This document shows, piece after piece, positions 42,832-52,620 of a stretch of DNA of 64,000 nucleotides. The translations under genes were made by a program, and so were the position numbers. Each line of letters starts with the position of its first letter. Position 1 is the stretch's first letter. The stretch is from Planctomycetota bacterium (GTDB lineage: Bacteria > Planctomycetota > UBA1135 > UBA2386): assembly GCA_965228735.1 (NCBI GenBank), contig OZ245838.1:3712001-3776000 (forward strand), written 5' to 3'. The notes beneath the pieces are model-generated. The model ran no database searches, was not told the origin of the DNA, and worked only from the letters and a program-made list of their open reading frames with translations.

Positions 42832-45800
42832 ATGATCCACCGTTGTCACCGCCTGCTGGCCGCATTGTTCGCCGGCTTCGCGTTCCTCACCGCCACGCCT
42901 GCCCAGGGCACCGAGATCGGCTTCACCGAGACGTGGGCCCTCGCCGAGGACCGCGCCAAGGTCCTCGAGCAACTCATCCCGGGCACGGAGGAGTTCTACT
43001 ACTACGGCTGCCGCGAGCAGCTCGCGCGCAGCGACTTCGCCGGCACTAGGCAGCTGCTCGCGCAGTGGATCAAGCGCCACGGTCGGACCGCGCGCGTCAT
43101 GGAGATCGAGAATCGCGAGGCGCTGCTGAGCTACCGCGAGAACCCGGAACGAACGTTCCGCCACCTGCGCTCGCGCCTCGGCCTGCGCTTCGACCACCAG
43201 CGCACCGTGCCGGGTGAGAAGTCGGACCTGCCGACGAGCCTGGATCCAGAACTGCTATCGCCGGCGCGGCTCACGAAGCGCGCATTCGACCGCCACCGCG
43301 GCACCGTCGACGGCTTCGAGGATCGCGCGCTCGCGGCGCTGCTCGGTACCGACCTCACGAACAACCAGCTGCGCAATCTGCTGCAGCGCCTGCGCCGGCC
43401 CGACGTGCCCAACCTGCCGGCGCTCATCGTCCGCGACCTCGGTCACAAGGGCAGCGGCGGCTTCGGCTCGCTCGGCATCCACGGGGAACTGCGCCTCGCC
43501 CAGCTCGAAGAGTGCGTACGGCTGCGACCGGCCGTGCTCAACGACCCCGAATTCGTCGCCACGTATCTCCGCCGACTGCAGCCGCGCACGGATCTCGCGT
43601 GGCAACGCGATCCGGCGATGCGGCAGGCCCAGCTCGAACGCCTGTGGCGCTTCGCGCAGCGCCTCGCGCCGGCGCACAACTCGCTGCGCGCCCACGTGCT
43701 CTACCACTGGCTCGCCCACGATCTCACGCAGGGCGCGGTCGACAGGGACCGCTTCATGGCGTTCATCCAGCTGCCGCGACGCGACAACTGGGTGGCCAGA
43801 GAGTATCGCGAACGCCAGCGCACGCAGCACAATGAGCTCGTCGACTACGGCCGCGACTACGCGTGCGGCCTGCCGCCGGTCCGCAGCGAACAGCAGCTCA
43901 TCCGAAGCTGCCTCGAGCACTTCTTCCGCACCGAGGACAGCTATGCGCCCTACGCCGAGTACCTCGACGAGAACTGGCTGAAGATCGTGCTCGGCGAGAC
44001 CAAGCTGCTGCTCGGCCAGGGCGACCTCGAGACATGGTACTCGATGATCGACGATCCGCGCCGGCTCGAGGCGCTCGAGCAGCGCGTCGAGCTCGCGTTC
44101 CCGGCCACCCAGAAGACGCGATTCGGCGCCGGCGACCCCGTCTCGATCGAGCTCGACGTCAAGAACGTGAAGGCGCTGCTCGTGAAGGTCTTCGTGATCG
44201 ACAGCTACCGCTATCACACGGAGCGGCAGCGCGAGATCGACGCGTCGATCGAACTCGACGGCCTCGTCGCGAACCACGAGCGCACCTACGACTACAGTGA
44301 TCCGGCGCTGCGCCGCGTGCGGCGTTCGTTCGACCTGCCGATGCTGCGCGAGCCCGGCACCTACGTCGTCGAGTTCGTCGGCAACGGCATCAGCAGCCGC
44401 GCCGTGATCCACAAGGGCGGCCTGCGCCACGTCGAGCGCACGATCGCGGCCGGCCACGCGTTCCGCATCTACGACGATCGCGGCCAACTGCAGAAGGACG
44501 CGATACTGTGGTTCGGCGGCCAGGAGTATGCGGCCGACGACGCGGGCGACATCCTCGTTCCGTTCTCGAGCAAGGGCGGCACCAAGCGCGCCGTCATGCG
44601 CGTCGGCAACCGTTCCGAGCTCATCACGTTCGAGCATTGGGACGAGGAGTTCAGCCTGCAGAACTGGGCGTTCGTCGAGCGCGAGTCGCTGATCGCAGGC
44701 GCGAGCGCGCGCCTCGTCGTGCGGCCGCGCCTCGTGCTCAACGGCATGCGGATCGACCTCGCGCTGCTCGAGCAACCAGAACTCACGATCGTCGCGGTCG
44801 ACATCGACGGCACCCAGCGCACCGAGGAGATCCGCGCGCCGAAGCTCACGAACGAGCGTGAGTTCGTCCACGAGCTGCGCGTGCCCGACCGCCTGCAGAA
44901 CTTGACGGTGACCCTGCGCGGCCGGGTCAAGGACCTCGCCGGCAAGGAGCGCGAGCTCTCCGCCACCGCCCCGCCATTCCCCGTGAACGGCATCGACGGC
45001 ACCGCGATGACGCTGGCCGCCGTGCTCGTCCCGCACCCGAACGGCTACGCCATCGAGGTCCGCGGCAAGAACGGCGAGCCGATTCAGGACCGCGCGTGTC
45101 AGGTGCAGCTGCGGCACCGCGACTATCGCGCACCGATCCTCGCGTCGCTGCAGACCGACCAGAGCGGTCGCATCGAGCTGGGCACGCTGCCCGGCATCAC
45201 GGAGCTGTCGGCCGAGCCCGCCGGCGCGCAGCGCGCGCACTTCACCCTCGACGCCGATCACGTCAATCTGCCGGCCGCCCTGCAAGGGCGCGCAGGCACG
45301 ACGCTGCGGCTGCCGTACTTCGGCACTGCCATGACCCCGCGACGCGCCGAGTTCTCGCTGCTCGCGAACGATGCGGACGCGTTCTCGCACCTCGCGATCC
45401 AGGACGGCTTCCTCGAGCTGCGCGACCTGCCGGCCGGTGACTACACGCTGCACCTGCACGAGCGCGGCCACGAGATTCCCGTGCGCGTCACCGCGGGATC
45501 GCAGGACGCGGGCTGGGTGATCGGCCAGAGTCGCGTGCTCTCCGCGAGCGCCGCACAACCGCTGCACATGCGTGGCCTCGCGGTCGACGGCGCGGACCTG
45601 CGCATCGGCCTCACCAACTTCGGTGAGTCGACCCGCGTGCACGTCGTCGCGACCCGCTACCAGCCGACGTTCGATCCGTTCGCGCGCCTGCGCGCGCACC
45701 GCCACGATCACGCGGCCCAGCAGTCGGTCGATCCGCTGCTCAGCAGCTATCACGCCGGGCGGCGACTCGGCGACGAGTACCGCTACGTACTCGAACGGCG

Positions 45801-48800
45801 CTTCCAGACCAAGTTCGCGGGCAACATGCTCGAACGCCCGAGCCTGCTGCTCAACCCGTGGGCCCTCGAGAAGGACTCGTGGAACTCGGCGATCGGCCTC
45901 GGCGGCGGCGCGGGCGGCAAGTTCGGTGGCCGCGGCGGTCGCAAGCGCTCGTCGCTCGACCGCGTCGAGGGCGAAGCCGCCTCCGGCAGTGCCCCCGGCT
46001 CCGGCACGTTCGCCAACCTCGACTTCCTGCCGCAGGGCAGCAAGGCGCACTACAACCTCACGCCCGACGAGAACGGCGTCGTCCGCGTCAAGCTCGCGGA
46101 CCTCGGCGACGGTCACGTCGTGCACGTGATCGCGCTCGACGGCGACGAGGCGCTCTACGACTCCCTCGTGCTGCAAGAACGCGAGCTCGAGCCGCGCTCC
46201 CGCGCGCTCGCCGAGGCGCTGCCGCCCGAACGCCAGTTCGTCGAGCGGAAGCGGATCGAGTTCGTCGCCGCCGGCGGCGAGGCCGTCGTGGGCGATGCGC
46301 ACTCGGCCGACGTCGAGATCTTCGACTCGCTGACGAGCGTCTACGGGCTGCTCACGACGCTGAGCAACGACGCGCATCTGCAGAAGTTCGCGTTCGTGCT
46401 GCGCTGGCCGCAGCTCGACGACGCCAGTAAGCGGAAGCTGTACAGCGACCACGCGTGTCACGAGCTGCACTTCTTCCTCTATCAGAAGGATCGCGCGTTC
46501 TTCGACGCGGTCGTGAAGCCGTTCTTGCAGCAGAAGCTGCGCCGCACGTTCCTCGACGAGTGGCTGCTCGGCAGCGACCTGCGCGGTTTCCTCGAGCCGT
46601 GGCACTTCGCGCGCCTCAACCTCATCGAGCAGATCCTGCTCGCCCAGCGCCTCGACGGCGCCGAGCGCGAGGCGGTCGGCCGGCTCGTGCGCGAACGTTT
46701 CGAGCTGCAGCCCGTCGACCGCGGCCGGATCGAGGCGCTGTTCGCGACCGCTCTCGCGGCCAACGAGCTGCAGGAACAGCGCAAGGACCTCGGTGTGTTC
46801 TACAAAGGCCCGGGCGACAGTGTGCCCGAGCCGTCCCCCGAGGCCAGCGCCAAGCCGACGGGCGGGCTCCCGGGCCGCTCTGGCCCGGCGACCGCCGGGC
46901 CGCCGCCGGCCGCCAAGCAGGTCTCCCGCCGCAGCCGTGATCGCGGCCTCGCCGACGAGGACGCCACAGCCGACGAGAAGGCCGGTGCCGCCACCGGCAG
47001 CGACGACTTCTTCCTCGGCGCCGCGCGCGAGATGAACAAGTCGGCCGACAAGGAGCTGCAGCGCGGCGCCGCGCTGCGGGAGCAGCAGCGCCGGCTCTAC
47101 CGCGCCGTCGATCCGACCAAGCTGCTCGTCGAGAGCAACTACTGGCGACGCACGATCGCCGAGACGACGCCCGACGTCGTGCGCCCGAACGGCTTCTGGG
47201 TCGACTACGCCACGGCGCCGTCGGGCCGGCCGTTCGTGTCCCCGGCGTTCCTCGAAACCGGCGGCAGCTTCCTCGAGATGATGTTCGCCCTCAGCGTGCT
47301 GGACCTGCCGTTCGAGGCTGGCGAGCACGAGGTCGCGGTCGACGGCAGCCGCCGCACGCTGCGCGCGGCCACGCCGTTGCTGCTCGTTCGCAAGGAGGTC
47401 ACGCAGGCGACCGCCGCCGAGGACGAGGCCCCGCTGCTGCTCGGCCAGAATCTGTTCCGCCTCGACGAGCGCTACCAGCACACGAACGGCGAGCAGCGCC
47501 AGAAGTTCGTCACCGACGAGTTCCTCACGTCCGTCGGCTACGGCGCGCAGGTCGTCGTCAGCAACCCGACCGGTCAGCGCCGCACGATCGACCTGCTGCT
47601 GCAGATCCCGGCCGGCGCGCTGCCGCTCCAGAGCGGGTTCTGGACGCGCAGCCGCCCCGTCGACCTCGCGCCCTACGAGACCAAGGCGATCGAGTACGCG
47701 TTCTACTTCCCCGCTGCCGGTGACTTCGCCCACTACCCGGCGCACGCCGCGGTGCAGGGCCGCCTCGTCGCGGCCGCCGAGCCGCGCACGCTCGCGGTCG
47801 TCGAGACGCCGTCGACCATCGACACGCGTTCGTGGGAACACGTCTCGCAGCAGGGCTCGGCGAACGAGGTCGTGGCGTTCTTGCGGAACAACAACGTCCA
47901 GCGCCTCGACCTGTCCCGCATCGCGTGGCGCATGCAGGACCGCGCCGTCTTCGGCGCCGTTACCGACCTGCTCCGCGCCCGCCACGTCTACGACGCGGTG
48001 ATCTGGAGCTACGGCGTCCTACACCGCCACCCCGAGACGACGCGCGAGTTCCTCGCCCACCGCGAGGACCTGCTGCGCCGCTGCGGCAGCGCGTTGAACT
48101 CGCCGCTCGTCGTGATCGATCCGGTCGAACGCGGCTGGTTGCAGCACCTCGAACTGTCGCCGCTCGTGCACGCCCGCGCGCATCAGCTCGGCAGCAGCCG
48201 CAGCATCGGCAACGCCGACCTCGCGCGCCAGTACGCGACGCTGCTCGACGTGCTCGGCTACCGCCAGCCGCTGCGCAGCGAGGACTGGCTGACCGTCACG
48301 TACTACATGCTGCTGCAGGACCGCATCGAGGACGCGCTCATGGCGCACCAGAAGGTCGTGCCCGCGCAGCTGTCGACGCAGATCCAGTACGACTACCTCA
48401 CCGCGTACCTGAGCTTCTTCACCGCGGAGACCGAACGGGCCCGCGGCCTCGCGGAGAACTACCGCGACCACCCGGTCGAGCACTGGCGCGATCGCTTCCG
48501 CGAGGTGCTCGCGCATCTCGACGAGGCCGAGGGCCGGACCGATCCGGAGCAGGACCCGACGACCGGCGACGCGTTGGCCGCGACCGCGCCCGCGATCGAG
48601 CTCGCGCTCGAGGGCCGGACCGCCCGCATCGCGCACAAGAACGTGACGAGCTGCGAGGTGCGCTACTACGAGCTCGACGTCGAGTTCGCGTTCTCGTCGC
48701 AGCCCTTCGCGGCGACCGACGGCACGACCGCGGCCTACGTGCAGCCCAACCTGCGCGAAGAGCGCGACCTGCCCGCAGACCGCGACGCGATCGAGTTCGC

Positions 48801-49161
48801 GCTGCCCGAGCAGTTCAGCAACAAGAACGTGCTCATCGAGGTTCGCGCCGCCGGCCTCGTCCGGTCGCGCACCTACTTCAGCAACGCGCTCGACGTGCGC
48901 TTCCTCGAGTCGTTCGGCCAGGTCGCAGTTAGCGACCCCGAGGCCGGCCGACCGCTGCCGAAGACCTACGTCAAGGTGTTCGCGCGGCTGCCGGGCGGCC
49001 AGGTGCGCTTCCACAAGGACGGCTACACCGACCTGCGCGGCCGCTTCGACTACGCGTCGCTGTCGGACGATCCGAACGCGGGCGCCAACCGCTACGCCGT
49101 GCTCGTGCTCAGCGACGAACGCGGCGCCGTGATTCGCGACGTCGCGCCGCCGATGCAGTGA
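42832..49161 (+). CDS. Giant (about 2109 aa) secreted hypothetical protein
   Basis: Uninterrupted ORF with a signal peptide ending TPAQG, alternating helical and beta-sandwich-like regions, and C-terminal YVKVFAR...FHKDGYTDLRGRFDYASL. Confidence 0.8.
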   Translation: MIHRCHRLLAALFAGFAFLTATPAQGTEIGFTETWALAEDRAKVLEQLIPGTEEFYYYGCREQLARSDFAGTRQLLAQWIKRHGRTARVMEIENREALLSYRENPERTFRHLRSRLGLRFDHQRTVPGEKSDLPTSLDPELLSPARLTKRAFDRHRGTVDGFEDRALAALLGTDLTNNQLRNLLQRLRRPDVPNLPALIVRDLGHKGSGGFGSLGIHGELRLAQLEECVRLRPAVLNDPEFVATYLRRLQPRTDLAWQRDPAMRQAQLERLWRFAQRLAPAHNSLRAHVLYHWLAHDLTQGAVDRDRFMAFIQLPRRDNWVAREYRERQRTQHNELVDYGRDYACGLPPVRSEQQLIRSCLEHFFRTEDSYAPYAEYLDENWLKIVLGETKLLLGQGDLETWYSMIDDPRRLEALEQRVELAFPATQKTRFGAGDPVSIELDVKNVKALLVKVFVIDSYRYHTERQREIDASIELDGLVANHERTYDYSDPALRRVRRSFDLPMLREPGTYVVEFVGNGISSRAVIHKGGLRHVERTIAAGHAFRIYDDRGQLQKDAILWFGGQEYAADDAGDILVPFSSKGGTKRAVMRVGNRSELITFEHWDEEFSLQNWAFVERESLIAGASARLVVRPRLVLNGMRIDLALLEQPELTIVAVDIDGTQRTEEIRAPKLTNEREFVHELRVPDRLQNLTVTLRGRVKDLAGKERELSATAPPFPVNGIDGTAMTLAAVLVPHPNGYAIEVRGKNGEPIQDRACQVQLRHRDYRAPILASLQTDQSGRIELGTLPGITELSAEPAGAQRAHFTLDADHVNLPAALQGRAGTTLRLPYFGTAMTPRRAEFSLLANDADAFSHLAIQDGFLELRDLPAGDYTLHLHERGHEIPVRVTAGSQDAGWVIGQSRVLSASAAQPLHMRGLAVDGADLRIGLTNFGESTRVHVVATRYQPTFDPFARLRAHRHDHAAQQSVDPLLSSYHAGRRLGDEYRYVLERRFQTKFAGNMLERPSLLLNPWALEKDSWNSAIGLGGGAGGKFGGRGGRKRSSLDRVEGEAASGSAPGSGTFANLDFLPQGSKAHYNLTPDENGVVRVKLADLGDGHVVHVIALDGDEALYDSLVLQERELEPRSRALAEALPPERQFVERKRIEFVAAGGEAVVGDAHSADVEIFDSLTSVYGLLTTLSNDAHLQKFAFVLRWPQLDDASKRKLYSDHACHELHFFLYQKDRAFFDAVVKPFLQQKLRRTFLDEWLLGSDLRGFLEPWHFARLNLIEQILLAQRLDGAEREAVGRLVRERFELQPVDRGRIEALFATALAANELQEQRKDLGVFYKGPGDSVPEPSPEASAKPTGGLPGRSGPATAGPPPAAKQVSRRSRDRGLADEDATADEKAGAATGSDDFFLGAAREMNKSADKELQRGAALREQQRRLYRAVDPTKLLVESNYWRRTIAETTPDVVRPNGFWVDYATAPSGRPFVSPAFLETGGSFLEMMFALSVLDLPFEAGEHEVAVDGSRRTLRAATPLLLVRKEVTQATAAEDEAPLLLGQNLFRLDERYQHTNGEQRQKFVTDEFLTSVGYGAQVVVSNPTGQRRTIDLLLQIPAGALPLQSGFWTRSRPVDLAPYETKAIEYAFYFPAAGDFAHYPAHAAVQGRLVAAAEPRTLAVVETPSTIDTRSWEHVSQQGSANEVVAFLRNNNVQRLDLSRIAWRMQDRAVFGAVTDLLRARHVYDAVIWSYGVLHRHPETTREFLAHREDLLRRCGSALNSPLVVIDPVERGWLQHLELSPLVHARAHQLGSSRSIGNADLARQYATLLDVLGYRQPLRSEDWLTVTYYMLLQDRIEDALMAHQKVVPAQLSTQIQYDYLTAYLSFFTAETERARGLAENYRDHPVEHWRDRFREVLAHLDEAEGRTDPEQDPTTGDALAATAPAIELALEGRTARIAHKNVTSCEVRYYELDVEFAFSSQPFAATDGTTAAYVQPNLREERDLPADRDAIEFALPEQFSNKNVLIEVRAAGLVRSRTYFSNALDVRFLESFGQVAVSDPEAGRPLPKTYVKVFARLPGGQVRFHKDGYTDLRGRFDYASLSDDPNAGANRYAVLVLSDERGAVIRDVAPPMQ

Positions 49162-49311
49162 GGCCGCGGCTGCGGGCGGCGCCGGTTTCGACGCGGACGC
49201 CGCTCGCACGGCCACGCAGTCCCGAATCGGGACCTGTTGGCTGCATCGGGGCGGGTCCATGGACGCGAACGGGAGATGGGGCAGGGTGCCCCACGAAGGA
49301 ACGCGTCCGAC

Positions 49312-49791
49312 ATGCCAATCGACTACTCCACGACCGGTCCGCTCATCCTCGTCCGCAACCGGGCGGGAATCACGGTCCCGTTCTCGACCGGCGCTCTCGC
49401 GACCAGCATCCTGGTCACGGGGGTGCCGACACCGCTCGCGTACGAGATCGCCGACCGGGTCACCCGGCAGCTGCGCGGCAACGCCGTCGAGAACGTCGAC
49501 AGCGACGAGCTGCTCGACCGCACGACGGCCGAGCTCGAGTCGTTGGCCGGCACGCCGGCGGCCGAACGCTTCCGGGCCTGGCAATCGGCGCGGCGCAGCG
49601 GCCGACCGCTCGTGCTCTGTCTCACGGGCGCGCCGGGCGTCGGCAAGTCCACGATCGCGAATCGCCTGGCGATGCGGATGGGCGTCCAGCGCGTGGTGCC
49701 GACTCCGCCACGGAGTCGCGACTCGCTGCGCTGTCGCCGGCTCGCGCGGTTGCAACCCGAACCCGGAGCCCGTGGCACGCGGCCCGCATGA
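49312..49791 (+). pseudogene. Truncated ATP-cone / P-loop kinase (2-phosphoglycerate kinase-like)
   Basis: PFSTGALATSI (ATP cone) and Walker A GAPGVGKST. The sequence degenerates right after RVVPT and stops at 159 aa, so most of the kinase domain is missing. Confidence 0.55.
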
Positions 49792-49977
49792 GCCTGTTCT
49801 TGAGCTGGGCCTGCTTCGGATTCCTGTCGCGGGCCGTGCACTGCAATTCGGGGATACCGGAGCTCTGGGTCCTGCTGCCGTGCGACTGATCGTCTCAGCC
49901 CCCACGTGAGCTCCAGACTCCGGCACGACCGTATCTGCCGAGGCCCTCGGGCCACTGGAATCGCCGATTGTGCGGAT

Positions 49978-49986
49978 TTATCCACA
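49978..49986 (+). promoter_or_regulatory. Perfect DnaA-box consensus TTATCCACA (single copy)
   Basis: Exact 9-mer in the intergenic region about 65 bp upstream of the GGDEF gene. Confidence 0.35.
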
Positions 49987-50050
49987 ACCGGCGGCATCCG
50001 GGAGCACAACCGCCTGCGAAGCGTATGGAGAACCCCACAGGAGGTCAGTC

Positions 50051-50992
50051 ATGCACCTCGAGAGCGGAATCGGAGCGATGCGAAGGACCAAGGCGGAACG
50101 AAGCACCCTGATGCAGCCGAACCTATTGGCGACCGTGCTCGATGAGCTGGGAGACGGCGTCATCGTGCGCCGCGTCGACGACGGTAGCGTCGTCTTCGCG
50201 TCGGACCGCGCCGCGCAGCTGCTCGGAGTCTCGAAGCGCGATCTGGCAACCGCCCCCGAACGCTGGACGAGCAAGGTCCGCGCTGCCGACCGCGCCGCGG
50301 TTCGATCCGCGTTCCTCCTCGAGCGCACGCCGCGCGACGGCCTCCAGCTGCGCACGGCGAGCACCGACGGCAAGGCTCGTTCGCTCGAGCATCGGGCTCG
50401 ACGACTCGAGTGCGACGGCATCGAACTCCGGATGGATGTCTTCCGCGACGTCACGGCCGCGACCGAAGCCACCGCCCGCCTGGTCGAGGCCAACCGCCGG
50501 CTCGAGGAGCTGGCGATGCGCGACCCGCTGACCGGCGCGTGGAACCGCCGCGGACTCGAGCATCTCGCCACGATCGAAGCGCAGCGCGCGCGTCGCTGCG
50601 GCCAGCCCGTGAGCGCGATCTTCGTCGATCTCGACGACTTCAAGGCCGTGAACCAACGCTTCGGTCATGCCAACGGTGACCGCGTGTTGTGCGATACGGT
50701 CAAGTCGATCGAGCAGGTGTTGCGCCCGACGGACCTCGTCGGCCGCATCGGTGGCGACGAGTTCCTCGTCCTCCTCCCCGGCGCCGGCGTCGGCGAAGCG
50801 AGTCGGATCGCCGAGCGCGTGCGCCGCACGATCGAGCGCGGACTGCGCCCGTTCGACACCACGGCGAGCTTCGGGGTCGCGCGCATCCACGAGGCCGAGA
50901 CGACGGTGAACGGCATGCTCAACCAGACGCAGGCGCTGTTGCGACGCAGCAAGCGCGCGGGCAAGAACCGCGTCGTCACCGCGGCCGCCTGA
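50051..50992 (+). CDS. PAS-GGDEF diguanylate cyclase
   Basis: RBS GGAGG before ATG 50051; PAS-like N-terminus; DPLTGAWNRR, DLDDFKAVN..FGHANGD, intact GRIGGDEF and K..GKNRV. Confidence 0.9.
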   Translation: MHLESGIGAMRRTKAERSTLMQPNLLATVLDELGDGVIVRRVDDGSVVFASDRAAQLLGVSKRDLATAPERWTSKVRAADRAAVRSAFLLERTPRDGLQLRTASTDGKARSLEHRARRLECDGIELRMDVFRDVTAATEATARLVEANRRLEELAMRDPLTGAWNRRGLEHLATIEAQRARRCGQPVSAIFVDLDDFKAVNQRFGHANGDRVLCDTVKSIEQVLRPTDLVGRIGGDEFLVLLPGAGVGEASRIAERVRRTIERGLRPFDTTASFGVARIHEAETTVNGMLNQTQALLRRSKRAGKNRVVTAAA

Positions 50993-51076
50993 GGGGCCCA
51001 AAACCGAGAACGCGGCCATCGAGGGCCGCGTTCAGGAGTGCCACCGCGATCGCGCGGTGGCGAATCGAAGTCGAGC

Positions 51077-51772
51077 TCAGCTGCCGGAGCCATCCGGCGG
51101 CGGACCACTGCCCGCGCCGTTACTCGGCGGACCCTTACCCTTCTTCTTGCTGATGCGAGGCCGACCGGCCTTCGTGCCGCAGCCCTCTCATTCACCCGGC
51201 AGGGGCAAGCCCTGCAGATCCTCGATCTCGAGGCGGGCGAGACGGATGGCCGCCTCGAGGTCCTGCTGCCGCTTCGACTTGCTGTCGGCGCTCGACGCGG
51301 TCTCCGCGAGCAGGCGGAAGTTCTGGCGCGCGGCCTCGATCTCCGGCTCCCACTCCTCGCGGGTCACGCCTTCGAGCCGCATGAGCCACGTGCGGTAGAA
51401 CTGCGCGCGGGCGAGCGACTGGCGCGCCTCGCTGAGCAGCTGCGGGTCGGCGTTCTCGTCGGCCGCGAGCGACTCGACGAGGCCGAGCAGTTCTTCGCGG
51501 GCCTCGTTGAGGCCGGCCGCCTGCATGCGAGCCTTGTTGAGCTCGAGCCGGATGCGCATCGACAGCGCGTCCTGATCCTCGGGCAGCTTGGAGAGCGCGT
51601 CCTCGTAGTCCTTGATCGCGGACCGCCACTCACCCGCGGCCGCGGCGTCGTGGGCACTCGAGAACAGCGCGTCGCATTCCTCGAGGGCGAGCCGATCCTG
51701 GCCCGGGCCCTCGTGGTAGGCCCACGCGCCGATCGGCAGCGCGAGCCAGGTCACAAGTAAGATGCTTCGCAT
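51077..51772 (-). CDS. Membrane-anchored helical (TPR-like) protein, predicted selenoprotein with C-terminal UxxC (Sec TGA at 51188-51190), 231 aa
   Basis: RBS GGAGG; N-terminal TM/signal. The track ORF stops at ...QGLPLPGE-TGA, but the frame continues EGCGTKAGRPRISKKKGKGPPSNGAGSGPPPDGSGS-TGA. SECIS-like hairpin 21 nt downstream. Confidence 0.75.
51156..51174 (-). promoter_or_regulatory. Putative bacterial SECIS element
   Basis: Minus strand CG-A-AGGCC-GGUC-GGCCU-CG: GGUC loop starting 21 nt after the in-frame UGA, the same loop as at 2168-2185. Confidence 0.72.
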
Positions 51773-51898
51773 GACGATTTCCTCCGGAGGGGGATCGGTC
51801 GAACGGGGAGTCTATCGGATCGGACGGGGCAGCCGGGCAAGTCCGCCCCGATTCTTGGGACTTGGTCCCGTGGCGCCCAGGGATTACACCCGCGATAC

Positions 51899-52498
51899 AT
51901 GGCCCCCGAACGTCGCTGTTCCCCGTCCCGCCGGCGCTTGCCGCGCGTTCCCGGCCTGGGGATCGTGCTCGCCACGGCGCTCGCGCTGACCTCGTGCCAG
52001 GCCGGGTTCGTGGCCCAGGCCGACGATTTCGACCCGACCGCGCTGCAGACGTACGCGTGGCGCCAGCCGCCGTCGCTCGCGGCCGAGCAGTCGACACCCG
52101 CGGACGAAGCCGTGCTGAAGCGGCTCGAGCTCGCGGTCAACTCCGAGCTCTCGCGCATGGGACTCGACCGCGCCGACGCCGCGACCGCGGACGTGCTCGT
52201 CGACGCCCGGCTGTCCGTCGTCGAACGGCTGCAGAAGAACGACCCGGTCTTCTCGCTCTGGGTCGCCGAGAAGTGGGAAGAGGGCTTCGTCGCCGTCGAG
52301 TTCCTCGAACAGGCGACGATGCGCTCGCTCTGGTTCGGCGAGATCAGCCACCGCCTGCGCTATACGGCGCACGCGATCGGCACGCACGCGCCGACGTTCT
52401 CGCCGACGGACGAAGAGCGGCTGTGGCAGATCGAATCGATCGTCGGGCGCATCCTCGAGCCGCTGCGGGCGGCCCGGGCCCAGACCCCGACGCGTTGA
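51899..52498 (+). CDS. DUF4136-like lipoprotein
   Basis: Lipobox LALTSC; DFDPTALQTYAW...AVNSELSRMG...ADVLV...EEG...V.F......LW.G. Start uncertain. Confidence 0.7.
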   Translation: MAPERRCSPSRRRLPRVPGLGIVLATALALTSCQAGFVAQADDFDPTALQTYAWRQPPSLAAEQSTPADEAVLKRLELAVNSELSRMGLDRADAATADVLVDARLSVVERLQKNDPVFSLWVAEKWEEGFVAVEFLEQATMRSLWFGEISHRLRYTAHAIGTHAPTFSPTDEERLWQIESIVGRILEPLRAARAQTPTR

Positions 52499-52620
52499 TC
52501 ACCACGTGAATCGCGCGACCGCCGGCTCCGGCCACGGAGCGTCGTTACCGGCGGTGCCGAGCTGGCTATGATCCGGATGGTCCCGTCCCTCCGCTCCGTC
52601 CGCATCGCCGAGATTGCCGG

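Noticed and set aside
43006..43020. GCREQ in the giant protein resembles the CxEQ thioester motif of alpha-2-macroglobulins
   Set aside because: It lies about 60 aa from the N-terminus, far from where a thioester domain would be; probably chance.
49159..49200. TGA ending the giant protein is followed by GGC CGC GGC TGC (possible U-x-x-x-C readthrough)
   Set aside because: No GGUC-loop hairpin downstream and the spacing is not UxxC; treated as a true stop.
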